The notes below the pieces were generated by a model, which saw only the letters and a program-made list of their open reading frames with translations, searched no databases and was not told the origin of the DNA. This document shows, one piece after another, positions 17,412 through 26,549 of a stretch of 56,805 nucleotides of DNA; positions within the stretch are counted from its first letter, which is position 1; the number at the start of each line of letters is the position of its first letter. Location of the stretch: the NCBI GenBank assembly GCA_043751115.1, contig JAYVAE010000040.1, positions 1 to 56,805 of the forward strand, given 5' to 3'. Source of the DNA: a bacterium (GTDB taxonomy: Bacteria > Patescibacteriota > Minisyncoccia > Phycocordibacterales > UBA5272). A program made the position numbers and the translations under genes.

Positions 17412-18748
17412 CAACTCTCACTCTAGCTTCTCTCTTTCACTTTTCTTATAAAAAGAAACATCCGTACGCCTTGTGGTTTCTTGGTGGATTTCTCTATAAC
17501 TGTTTCACCGTATCTTTCTTTTATGTTTTCCTACCTGTGCCCTGGATAGAAAATATTACGCTTCAGTACGCAGGCATAACCCTGTTTATACTGCTCGGTG
17601 CCATTCTCGCGGGTGCTTCTTTTCTTATTATCCCTCTTCTTTTGCGGAAGACTTATCTTATACCTCTTGCTCTTGTTCCACTTTCTATTTCTTTTGCCTT
17701 TTTATTACAAGATATAGTACGCTCGACTTTTATATCACTACTTCTATATGGTAAGGGCGCCCCATCCGGTATACATTTTATCTTGGGGTCTATCGGCGAA
17801 TCACTCGCATTTACACCACTCGTCATTTTTTCGTATTGGGGTAGTGTTTACTTTTTAACAGCCCTTCTTTCGCTCCTCATTTTCCTTGGCTTTACTTTGA
17901 TCAAAAAAATCTTACCTCTTAGAGTCATCGCCGTGTACTTAGTCTTACTTGTTATTATTTTTTTCTCACTTCTTGTGAGAAGAGAGTCTACCCTTGCTTC
18001 CCTTACTCCCCATGATCCTCTTAAAATAGGGATAGTTACTACCGACTCGCCGAATCCAACTATAGAAAATCCTTTACCTGAATATAAAGCTCGCACCGAA
18101 AAAATAAACACTCTCCTTAGGGAAAAAATAACCTCACCGTTTGATATAGTAATACTGCCTGAGTCTACATCCTACCTTGATACTCGTGATGTTTTAAATA
18201 TGGATGAACGCTTCCCGATAAAGAGCTTTCTCGACAGTACTACTATTCCCAAAAAAGAAGACTATCATGTAAGTACCATCTTTCGTGATGAAGAGGTCAA
18301 TGTGACCGAAACGCGCAGAAAGGATGGTCTCATGGTCTTTAGCGAGTACAATCCCTATCTCTATGATTTACTATTATATTTTTTCAAGGACGGTACAGAG
18401 AGAACAAGAACTCTTACTCGTTCTACTTCTGACTATCACACCTTTACGGCAGGAGATCTCCGCTTTGGCGTCCTCATCTGTTCTGAGGGCACATCACTTA
18501 TGCCACTGCATAACTTCGAAAAGAAAAACCCTGATTTTTATGTTTTACAGTCAAATCTCGCTATTATGCAGGGAAGATCATTTGGTTTCATGCATCTCTA
18601 TGCTTATACTAGACTCCTAGCAACAACCTCAGGTAAGCCTGTTCTTGGTGTGAGCAACTCTGCTCCCAGTTATGGCTTCGACGGCAAGGGGCGTCCACTC
18701 TACAGCATAAATAAATCTTATTCTTTTTATGAAATAATACTGCCTTAG
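17372..18748 (+). CDS. lnt: Apolipoprotein N-acyltransferase-like protein (polytopic N-terminus + CN-hydrolase domain)
   Basis: About 6 TM segments followed by a nitrilase-type triad context: IVILPES, RKDGLMVFSEYNPY, FGVLICSEG. Overlaps the rsmA 3' end by 40 nt. Confidence 0.7.
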   Translation: MVIYLLGAFTLIVTTLTLASLFHFSYKKKHPYALWFLGGFLYNCFTVSFFYVFLPVPWIENITLQYAGITLFILLGAILAGASFLIIPLLLRKTYLIPLALVPLSISFAFLLQDIVRSTFISLLLYGKGAPSGIHFILGSIGESLAFTPLVIFSYWGSVYFLTALLSLLIFLGFTLIKKILPLRVIAVYLVLLVIIFFSLLVRRESTLASLTPHDPLKIGIVTTDSPNPTIENPLPEYKARTEKINTLLREKITSPFDIVILPESTSYLDTRDVLNMDERFPIKSFLDSTTIPKKEDYHVSTIFRDEEVNVTETRRKDGLMVFSEYNPYLYDLLLYFFKDGTERTRTLTRSTSDYHTFTAGDLRFGVLICSEGTSLMPLHNFEKKNPDFYVLQSNLAIMQGRSFGFMHLYAYTRLLATTSGKPVLGVSNSAPSYGFDGKGRPLYSINKSYSFYEIILP

Positions 18749-18816
18749 GTAACACTTCTCTCTGCGTGCCCCATCTGTGCACTTGTTCTCCTTGTAGAGT
18801 AAGGTAAACTACATAA

Positions 18817-19749
18817 ATGAATCAGTCTCTCCAGAAAAGAATCGGCGTGTCACTTCTTATTCTTGCGTCCATCGCTGTACTTAGCATCGCCTCATTTGGG
18901 ACAAAAAAAGAAAAAACAAATACACAGGGAGTACGAGGTGATGTCGCAGCACAAATACTTTCCCTAGAAAAAGACCTTCCGCCACGAGAAGACACTGACG
19001 GTGACGGAACACTCAATTGGCAGGAAATTATACGAGGAACAGACCCAAACAAAAAGGATGACAAACTTGTAGCAGGGGAAGTAAGCAGTAATGACCTTAA
19101 ACGATTAAGTGATGAAAACAATATGACCGTAGCGCTCGCTAAGAATAATGCCACTCTTTCCGCTTATCTCAACACCTTAGAAAACAAGGGAGATGTTGAC
19201 CAAAAAGGACTCGCAGAAGACAGTCTCATAGCAACAGCTGCCACCTTCTCTTTTAAAAGATATGAGGAGAAAGATCTTAATAATAAAATTGATGCAACAC
19301 AAATAAAGAGAAAAGACTACGGGAATACTCTTGCAAAAATGACAGCTGAAAAAGTCGCTGTCTACTCTCAAATAAATGATCTTCTTGCTCTTAAGGATAT
19401 TGTCAACGAAATTTCTAACCCACCATCTGTCTTCTTGCTCAAAGAAAAAGTAAAGACTCTTACTCTCTTTAGGGCTGAGCTACTCTCAATGCCAGTACCA
19501 AAAGATGCTGTTACCTATCATCTTACTTATGTCAACGCTCTTAGCACTTATGTAGAAGTACTTGAGGGTTTTTTAAATCAAAAAGGGGACCCGCTCAAGG
19601 CTGGTCTTTTCCTCAGGGGGTACAAAACTATACTTGAAAATCTTTTTATAACCTTCGACGACATTAAACTTTATTTCTCTCAAAACAATCTTACTTTCGG
19701 AGCGAAAGAGCCTGGCTATGTCTTTACTGTAGGACTCTTTAAAAAATAA
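18817..19749 (+). CDS. Membrane-anchored protein with DxDxDG Ca-binding-like motif; first gene of the T4SS-like module
   Basis: N-terminal TM segment (IGVSLLILASIAVLSIASF) followed by EDTDGDGTLNWQEIIRGTDPNKKDD. No family assignable. Confidence 0.6.
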   Translation: MNQSLQKRIGVSLLILASIAVLSIASFGTKKEKTNTQGVRGDVAAQILSLEKDLPPREDTDGDGTLNWQEIIRGTDPNKKDDKLVAGEVSSNDLKRLSDENNMTVALAKNNATLSAYLNTLENKGDVDQKGLAEDSLIATAATFSFKRYEEKDLNNKIDATQIKRKDYGNTLAKMTAEKVAVYSQINDLLALKDIVNEISNPPSVFLLKEKVKTLTLFRAELLSMPVPKDAVTYHLTYVNALSTYVEVLEGFLNQKGDPLKAGLFLRGYKTILENLFITFDDIKLYFSQNNLTFGAKEPGYVFTVGLFKK

Positions 19750-19753
19750 CGCT

Positions 19754-21616
19754 ATGAAAAAACTTTCGACTTGCTTCGCCATACTCACTCTCTCACTACA
19801 CCCATTTTCTCTTTTTGCTGCTGCAAGTGGCTCTGTTGTTCTCGACCCATCAAACCTTGCCCAAAATATTACTCAGGTAGCCAAGTCTGCCGCAAGCAAT
19901 GCCTATCAAGCCATTAGCTCTGGCGCAGAATTAGCGATAAAAACAAAAGAGTTCAGCCTCGACATTGTTGCAACAAAAATTGCTCAAGACATGATAAATA
20001 GAGCAGCTGGCGATACAGTGAATTGGATAAACTCCGGCTTTCAGGGCGGGGGGCCAGGCTTTATTGTGAATCCTGAGGCTTATTTTAAAAATGTTGCCAA
20101 TCAAGAGATACGTATACAGCTCGACTCTATCAATAAATCGACGATTGATCCTTTTAAAAATGCAGTGAGTGTCGCAATAGTAAAAAATGTAAGAGATGGC
20201 AGGTCATCCATTGCCGCACAAATGCAATACACTCTCACCGACACCATCAGGCAAGAAACCTGTTCGACAGCTAATCTTCAAAGCATTGCTGAGAGTCAGG
20301 TAAGCCAAGGATTGAGTGCGGGCACCTCAAATACAAATCTAAGTCAAAGCGAACAAATAGAAAAGAGAAAGGGCGAGCTCTATCAAGAGTTCTGTACTCC
20401 CGGATCAAAAACAAATGTCCAGTCTCAGCTTAAATTACAAACTTGTTACAAGTCCGGTGCTTGTGGTAGCTGGGGCTCACTCGCCTCTTCATTTAACCCA
20501 GTAAATACAGAATACGGCAGAATCGCTATGGCAAAAAGTAATCTTGCCATAAAGACAACAAAACAGGCAGAAACAGCAAAGGCTGAGGTAGGGGACGGCA
20601 TTATTCCAGAAAAGGTTTGCCAAGTCAGACTACAAGTAGATGATAACGATAATCCTTATCCACCAGGAGAAGGGCCGTGCGTCGAATGGAATACAAAGAC
20701 ACCGGTGTCCTCTATAAAAAATGAGCTCTATAAGTCGCAAACGGGGGAATACTCTAAACTTAAAAATGCGGACGAACTCGGAGAGATTATTGGTAACGCC
20801 CTCCTCAATCAAGCAACTAAATCTCTCTATGGCGGACTCAATACTGCAATACAGAAAGCTGGTGTAGGATTACTTAATGTCACTTTTGACAATCTTCTAG
20901 CAAATAAATCAAAGAGTTTACCGAGCGACATCATAAAGAAAGATAACTCAGATGACACTTCGCTTCCACCCTTAGAGCAAGTAAACTTGGCGCGCGCAAC
21001 GACCATCTGTACAAATATGCCGCCCTCAAAAAAAGACTCCCTAATAAGTCTCTGCGATCATCTTTCTTCTAACAGGGCGTCCCAAATAATAGACACTGAA
21101 TTTAGAACAGCAATATTAAACTTTAGCTCTTCTGTTGCTAGACTAGATTCTTGCGCACGGGACGCAAAGGAGGTGAATCCTCCTTCTAGCAATATTTCTA
21201 CTTGGGAGGACAATAATAACACGAGAAAAGACTCTCTTGCTGGATTTGATGTTGGAGGACTCAACAAGCGAACTTCAGTTTATCCTTCCTCACTGCTGAC
21301 ACTTTCAACGTACATCGTAAACATAGCAAGTAGTACTGATGATGGTAAGTTGAGTATTATTCTAAACAATTACGGTCAAAATATTGAGAATGAGGATAAG
21401 TTTATACGCTTCTCCCAAGAAAAAATATCAGGTGTTGATTTCTTTAGTTTCAAAAGTCAGGTAGGGAATGATCAAAACAGACTGACTGGTCAAGTAAATA
21501 GCTGTACATCTTATGTCAATCAATGTCGCACCTACGCCAGTGAGGACAAGGACTGCAATGGCAGACCAAATCGCGGTGGTGATGGGAATGAGGGTAACCA
21601 TGGTGGAGGGGCTTAG
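19754..21616 (+). CDS. Secreted Cys-containing protein, N-terminus TrbJ/VirB5-like
   Basis: Signal peptide ending FAAAS, then SVVLDPSNLAQNITQVAKSA, which resembles the V-x-D-x-x-N-L-x-Q-N motif at the mature N-terminus of TrbJ/VirB5 proteins. It sits immediately upstream of the TrbL/VirB6-like gene, as in Trb operons. Gly-rich C-terminus. Confidence 0.45.
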   Translation: MKKLSTCFAILTLSLHPFSLFAAASGSVVLDPSNLAQNITQVAKSAASNAYQAISSGAELAIKTKEFSLDIVATKIAQDMINRAAGDTVNWINSGFQGGGPGFIVNPEAYFKNVANQEIRIQLDSINKSTIDPFKNAVSVAIVKNVRDGRSSIAAQMQYTLTDTIRQETCSTANLQSIAESQVSQGLSAGTSNTNLSQSEQIEKRKGELYQEFCTPGSKTNVQSQLKLQTCYKSGACGSWGSLASSFNPVNTEYGRIAMAKSNLAIKTTKQAETAKAEVGDGIIPEKVCQVRLQVDDNDNPYPPGEGPCVEWNTKTPVSSIKNELYKSQTGEYSKLKNADELGEIIGNALLNQATKSLYGGLNTAIQKAGVGLLNVTFDNLLANKSKSLPSDIIKKDNSDDTSLPPLEQVNLARATTICTNMPPSKKDSLISLCDHLSSNRASQIIDTEFRTAILNFSSSVARLDSCARDAKEVNPPSSNISTWEDNNNTRKDSLAGFDVGGLNKRTSVYPSSLLTLSTYIVNIASSTDDGKLSIILNNYGQNIENEDKFIRFSQEKISGVDFFSFKSQVGNDQNRLTGQVNSCTSYVNQCRTYASEDKDCNGRPNRGGDGNEGNHGGGA

Positions 21617-21793
21617 AAAATTTCTACTCATTTCTTTTTCTCGTTATATACTGACTCCAAGTAGTCTTTTCTCATTTGAATTCTGCCACTATGATAAGTA
21701 GCGTAAGGCAACTCTATTTTGAGCAGTAATAGTGCATTAACTCTATGCACTCTTACACAAGAGAGGGCTTACTCCTTGTGTTATCATACTACT

Positions 21794-24748
21794 ATGACTT
21801 CTTTCGTGAAAAAAGGACTATTTCTTTCATCTGTTTTTCTCCTTTCTTTTGGTAGCTTCTCTCTTTTTGCTCAAAGTGACCCGGAGAACATACCTTGTAA
21901 ACAAGAAAATAGTGGATTCTGCGTCGTTGCTGGGAAAAAAGGAATATGCTCGAATTCTGTGTGTAAGTTATCCTCTGAATCTCAGACTACATCAGGCGCA
22001 ACGTATCCCGCAGTAGGGGCACTCGCCTCAACTGTTTTTAATGGCTTCAAAAATACTTTAAATGGCTTTAAAGGTCCTTTAGAGGTGGCTGCCGCAACTA
22101 CTACAAATCCAGATGCGGCAAAAGCAAATCAAAAGGCTCTCGAAGCTTTTAATACTAACTACGATAAACTCTCTGGTATTTTCACGCAAATGGAGTATGC
22201 CTACTCGAGTGAGATTTCTATGCAAGAGGCAAAGGGTGCTGAAGCAAAGGACGCGCACTTTCTGGCAGCAACCAAGGCTAATCAAAAATGGGCAGAATTA
22301 TATAATAGAGACATAACTCCCATTCTTTCTTCCTCCATGTTCCCTCCCCAGACAAGGGACTCTTTGCGAAGTTTTTATTTAGTTATTCCTGGAAGAATGA
22401 ACGAGTTTGTTAGGTCGGCAAAGGATATACAGAATGGAACGCCTATTAATGATGCAAGTGTGCAGCCGACGGACAATACGGCAGGCGACGCAGCAAGGAA
22501 TCAAGTTGCGGCTGGAAATAAGACGCTTGATGAGGATGGTGCGGGGTGTAGTCCTTTTAGTTTTAATTTAGGTAAGTGCATGAACGCTATCTTTAGCTGG
22601 ATAGCGAGAGTGGTATTCGTCAACATTGCTTTCTTTGTTTTTTATTTAAGTGGTGTCTTTCTTCACTTCTCTATACATTTCGGACTTGTTTCTATGAAGA
22701 GTCTCATCACCGAGGACGTTTACACATTATGGCTCTTTACAAGGAATCTTGCTCTCGCTGGATGTCTTTTTGCTACGCTGTACTTTGTTGGCATGTATTT
22801 GGTGGGACTTGGTCAAAAAATAGAGCGTCAGGCCGTCGCCGTGATACTGTTTGCTATCTTTTCTGGATTCTCTTTTACTTTATCCACGTATTTAATAGAC
22901 GGATCAAACCTCATTACCACGTCGCTTTACAGTAGCATCGACCAAAAATGGGCTGAGCCCTCGCGTTTTGCTTTACCGGTGATTTCTGGAAAATTTAGCG
23001 AGCAATTAGGTTGGCAAGGATTTTCTTCTGCTATTGGCGCTGTTAACCCCGATAGTATTTTAGGGAAAATCTCTCAAGGAGGGAATCCTTTCTCTGGTGT
23101 AGCGCTCAACTTACTCGTTGCGGCCACACTACTCTATGACGCTTATGTGCTTTTTATGATGGGAATACTTTTTCTCATCAGAAATATTGGTCTTTTTGCT
23201 GCAGTTATATTTTCTCCACTTCTTCTCATTGATAAGACTATACCTAAACTTTCAGAGTGGGCGGACAAGTATAGAAGATTTTTCTTTGGACTACTCGCAC
23301 TTGGTCCTGTTTTTATGTTTCTCATGTATATAGCTCTTAAGGTGACTGAGGTAATACTCACCGGTACGCGGAAACTCAGTGGACAAATATCCGGAGCTAA
23401 TGAAGGTTTAATCCTTTTCCAAGTTTTTACAGTAACAGCTATTTTCTATTTTACCTATAAAACGTGTAAAACGTTGAGCGGAGCGCTCGGAGATGCGGCG
23501 CTCGGAGCAGTTTCAGGTCTCGCCAGTAAAGCAATGATAGCAACGCCGCTCGGTGCTGCAGGACGCGTCGCTGCCTTTGCTGGTCAAAATACAATTGGGA
23601 GGCTTGCAAGGCGCTCAGTGAGAGAAGGAGGCACCTTGTCAAATATGAAAGAAAAAGGAGGTTTTTTTGGAAGGACAGCATTTAGCGCTGCGAATTATGC
23701 GGGAAATACTGCCACCTATGACTTCAATAATACGAAAGCATTTGCGGGAGCAAAAGCAAACTTAGAAAAAAGGGCTGGCGTGAGTATCGCTGTGAGCAAA
23801 GGGTTAGGTTATGTGGATACCAGAGAAAAAATTAGAAAAGAAACAGTAGAGAAGCTGGGCGAAATGAGGACAGAAGAGGGTCGGCAAATAGTACTTGATA
23901 AAGGTGCTCGAAGATTTGATCGTGCTACATCGCTACTTCCTAGCACAAACCCCAACTCAGAAAGAGGGGGAAGATTGAACGACTTTAAAGCAGATCTTTC
24001 TCAAGGTACTACCAAAAAAGCAAAATCAACTATAAAAGACGAAGTTGGGGCAGTCAATTTAGATGATTTTACGAATAAAAGCGATGACTCACAGAAATCT
24101 CTCATAAAAAAACTTGGTGATATATACAAAAAATCTGAAGGTAGTAACGACGAGATCAAAAAGTATGCAAAAGAAACTTTTGAAAATAAGGTGCTTGTCA
24201 TGCTTTCCGATGCGGTCAAATCGAGTAAGGATTCCACGCTCGATCCGCTTTCTCCTAATTTTGAAATTAACGCGAAGGCAGAATTTACAAAAATTGCAAG
24301 GTTATTTGATGATTCAGGCAAACTTCCAGCGGGTGTAACTGTTGCAAGTAATACTGAATTGCTTGAAAAATTCAAACTACAAATGGGAATGTACGCGACA
24401 CAAAGGAAGAAAGAGCTTGGAAGATCTACTGAACAAAATGCTCCAGCAAACACAGCTCCAAGAAGTGTGGCAGTACCAACCAGTTCCGTCTTTCCTCAAA
24501 CTGTTGGATCTATTCCAAACTGGGAGTCTTTATTAGGTGCAAGTGATTTATCGGGCGGACTTGGAGGGACAGCAATCCCTGCCACTACATCCGCAACTAA
24601 CTCCCCCACAAAACCGTCCGGTGGTAGTGGACAAGCAGCAAGTAATACACAATCTGCTACGCAACCAGTAAGTACTGCAAACAGCACCCCATCGCCGAAA
24701 CAACCAGAGCCCAATAAAGAGTCTGAAAAGGAGGAACAAACGGCATAA
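21794..24748 (+). CDS. Giant TrbL/VirB6-like polytopic membrane protein
   Basis: ATG at 21794 (MTSFVKKGLFLSS..., signal-like). A secreted N-terminal domain of about 260 aa is followed by at least 6 hydrophobic segments and then a hydrophilic tail of about 400 aa ending in S/T/P/Q-rich low complexity. The TTG at 21719 in the ORF track is rejected. Confidence 0.55.
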   Translation: MTSFVKKGLFLSSVFLLSFGSFSLFAQSDPENIPCKQENSGFCVVAGKKGICSNSVCKLSSESQTTSGATYPAVGALASTVFNGFKNTLNGFKGPLEVAAATTTNPDAAKANQKALEAFNTNYDKLSGIFTQMEYAYSSEISMQEAKGAEAKDAHFLAATKANQKWAELYNRDITPILSSSMFPPQTRDSLRSFYLVIPGRMNEFVRSAKDIQNGTPINDASVQPTDNTAGDAARNQVAAGNKTLDEDGAGCSPFSFNLGKCMNAIFSWIARVVFVNIAFFVFYLSGVFLHFSIHFGLVSMKSLITEDVYTLWLFTRNLALAGCLFATLYFVGMYLVGLGQKIERQAVAVILFAIFSGFSFTLSTYLIDGSNLITTSLYSSIDQKWAEPSRFALPVISGKFSEQLGWQGFSSAIGAVNPDSILGKISQGGNPFSGVALNLLVAATLLYDAYVLFMMGILFLIRNIGLFAAVIFSPLLLIDKTIPKLSEWADKYRRFFFGLLALGPVFMFLMYIALKVTEVILTGTRKLSGQISGANEGLILFQVFTVTAIFYFTYKTCKTLSGALGDAALGAVSGLASKAMIATPLGAAGRVAAFAGQNTIGRLARRSVREGGTLSNMKEKGGFFGRTAFSAANYAGNTATYDFNNTKAFAGAKANLEKRAGVSIAVSKGLGYVDTREKIRKETVEKLGEMRTEEGRQIVLDKGARRFDRATSLLPSTNPNSERGGRLNDFKADLSQGTTKKAKSTIKDEVGAVNLDDFTNKSDDSQKSLIKKLGDIYKKSEGSNDEIKKYAKETFENKVLVMLSDAVKSSKDSTLDPLSPNFEINAKAEFTKIARLFDDSGKLPAGVTVASNTELLEKFKLQMGMYATQRKKELGRSTEQNAPANTAPRSVAVPTSSVFPQTVGSIPNWESLLGASDLSGGLGGTAIPATTSATNSPTKPSGGSGQAASNTQSATQPVSTANSTPSPKQPEPNKESEKEEQTA

Positions 24749-24756
24749 TATTCACT

Positions 24757-25446
24757 ATGGACAAAACTCTTATCTCTGAAGCCTTTGCAAAAGTTCCCCA
24801 CTCTTTACAAACATACATAAAAAGTAAGGATTTTGAAAGAGACATATTACAACTCATAAATGACGCAGACATTCCGGTCACGGCATTCTTGCCACTTAAA
24901 AATTATACTCTTCTAGTGCTTCTTAATCTCTCTGGCGACGACTCTTTGAAGCACAGCCTTGAATTGTCGCTACAGCTTGACGCTTCAAAAATGTCTGCTA
25001 TCTTAGATCACATTGACGAACTGACCTTACATGTACTCAGCCAATTAGTAGAGGCCTCTGTCCCCGAAACAATAAAAAATATAAAACTTCCGGCAGATGC
25101 TGCAAGCGGAGGAGACCTTCGCGTGAGTATGCTTAAGACGAAAGATACTGGGGCGAGCGTAGCACCAGCCAAGATAATTAATACTTCAAGAAATATTCTG
25201 ATGGATCAATTGTCTCTCATCGGACAAATACCGAAAGATGAAGATGTACTCCTTCGTCTTTCTAAAATTAAGGATCAGTTAAGGCGCGGGCAAGATGCAA
25301 GAGAAAAGCTTGATAAAGAAATAAAAGAAAGAGTGCTAACGGAGAAGATAAAGAGTGCTGAACAAAGTAAAGCTCATGTCACTAGGAAAGTCTATGACGT
25401 AGACCCATATAGAGAACATGCAGGCGCAGGGGACAATGAACTATGA
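24757..25446 (+). CDS. Hypothetical soluble protein of the T4SS-like module
   Basis: 229-aa ORF starting 8 nt after the previous stop. No TM segment and no family recognised. Confidence 0.6.
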   Translation: MDKTLISEAFAKVPHSLQTYIKSKDFERDILQLINDADIPVTAFLPLKNYTLLVLLNLSGDDSLKHSLELSLQLDASKMSAILDHIDELTLHVLSQLVEASVPETIKNIKLPADAASGGDLRVSMLKTKDTGASVAPAKIINTSRNILMDQLSLIGQIPKDEDVLLRLSKIKDQLRRGQDAREKLDKEIKERVLTEKIKSAEQSKAHVTRKVYDVDPYREHAGAGDNEL

Positions 25447-25468
25447 TATAGTTATCTGTAATAACACC

Positions 25469-25900
25469 ATGCAATTTAGAGTACCTCAATTCATTGACGT
25501 AGAAGATAAAATAATAGGATCGCTGACGCTGAAGCAATTTTTCTATATTCTTGGAGCTGCTGGAACCGCATTTCTTTTCTTCAAATTCATTCCAATAAAA
25601 ATTGTTGCATTCCTCTTAGCGGCACCAGTGTCAGGATTTTTCCTCGCTCTTGCTTTTGTAAAAATTAATGAAAGACCTTTCATGGATTTTGCTGAGAGTT
25701 TCTTTTCCTACCTTTTAAGGGGTAAAGTTTATGTGTGGCAGCAACCGAAACAGAATATGGCAGATGAAGACTTGGCACCGCTCATACTTGAGACAACAAA
25801 AGACAGTGTCGTTGAAAAAGCAAACAGAAATAAGCTCCATGAAATAGCGTTCGGCCTTGATGTACAAAAAGATAACTCACAGGAAGAGTCGTCGAAATAG
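25469..25900 (+). CDS. PrgI family / VirB3-like small membrane protein
   Basis: MQFRVPQFIDVEDKIIGSLTLKQFFYILGAAG followed by two TM segments matches the PrgI-family pattern. It is positioned directly upstream of VirB4. Confidence 0.6.
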   Translation: MQFRVPQFIDVEDKIIGSLTLKQFFYILGAAGTAFLFFKFIPIKIVAFLLAAPVSGFFLALAFVKINERPFMDFAESFFSYLLRGKVYVWQQPKQNMADEDLAPLILETTKDSVVEKANRNKLHEIAFGLDVQKDNSQEESSK

Positions 25901-25915
25901 GGTATACTCCTTACT

Positions 25916-26536
25916 ATGGCCATAGGAACACCTACTCAAGACTTCATACCTATAGAAAGTATTAGGGACGGTGTTATCGTCCTTAAAAATGGAGAGTACC
26001 GCAGTATTATCATGACAAGCTCGGTTAATCTCTCTCTTAAAAGTAGTGACGAGCAAACTGCTATTTACTTACAATTTCAAAATCTCTTAAATACTCTTGA
26101 TTTTCAAATACAAATCTTCATTCAATCGCGGCGTCTTGATATTCGGCCATATCTTTCTATTTTGGAAAAAAGACAGGGTGAAGTAAAGGAAGATCTCCTT
26201 AAGGTACAAATTTCTGAATATATAGAATTTATAAAAAACTTTACTGACGAATCAAATATTATGACAAAACATTTCTTTGTGGTCGTCCCGTATCTTCCAC
26301 TCGGTGGTGCCTCTTCTCCAAAAAATGCTCTCTTTGGTAGTAAAGGAGCAGGAGACATCACTGATTTTGAGAGATCAAGAACGCAATTAAGGGAGAGGGT
26401 CTCTGTTGTTGTCTCTGGACTTTCACGTTTTGGTATAAGGTCGACACTCCTTAACACGGAAGAAACGGTAGAACTTTTTTACAAAGAGTTCAATCCCGGG
26501 GAAAGTGACCACACTAATCTTTCCGCAATTAAATAA
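25916..26536 (+). CDS. VirB4 N-terminal-domain-like protein (separate ORF)
   Basis: TQDFIPIESIRDGVIVLKNGEYRSIIMTSSVNLSLKSSDEQTAIYLQFQNLLNTLDFQIQIFIQSRR resembles the N-terminal domain of Gram-positive VirB4/TraE-type ATPases. A TATACT box lies 7 nt before the ATG. Confidence 0.45.
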   Translation: MAIGTPTQDFIPIESIRDGVIVLKNGEYRSIIMTSSVNLSLKSSDEQTAIYLQFQNLLNTLDFQIQIFIQSRRLDIRPYLSILEKRQGEVKEDLLKVQISEYIEFIKNFTDESNIMTKHFFVVVPYLPLGGASSPKNALFGSKGAGDITDFERSRTQLRERVSVVVSGLSRFGIRSTLLNTEETVELFYKEFNPGESDHTNLSAIK

Positions 26537-26549
26537 TAAAGTAAAAAAT

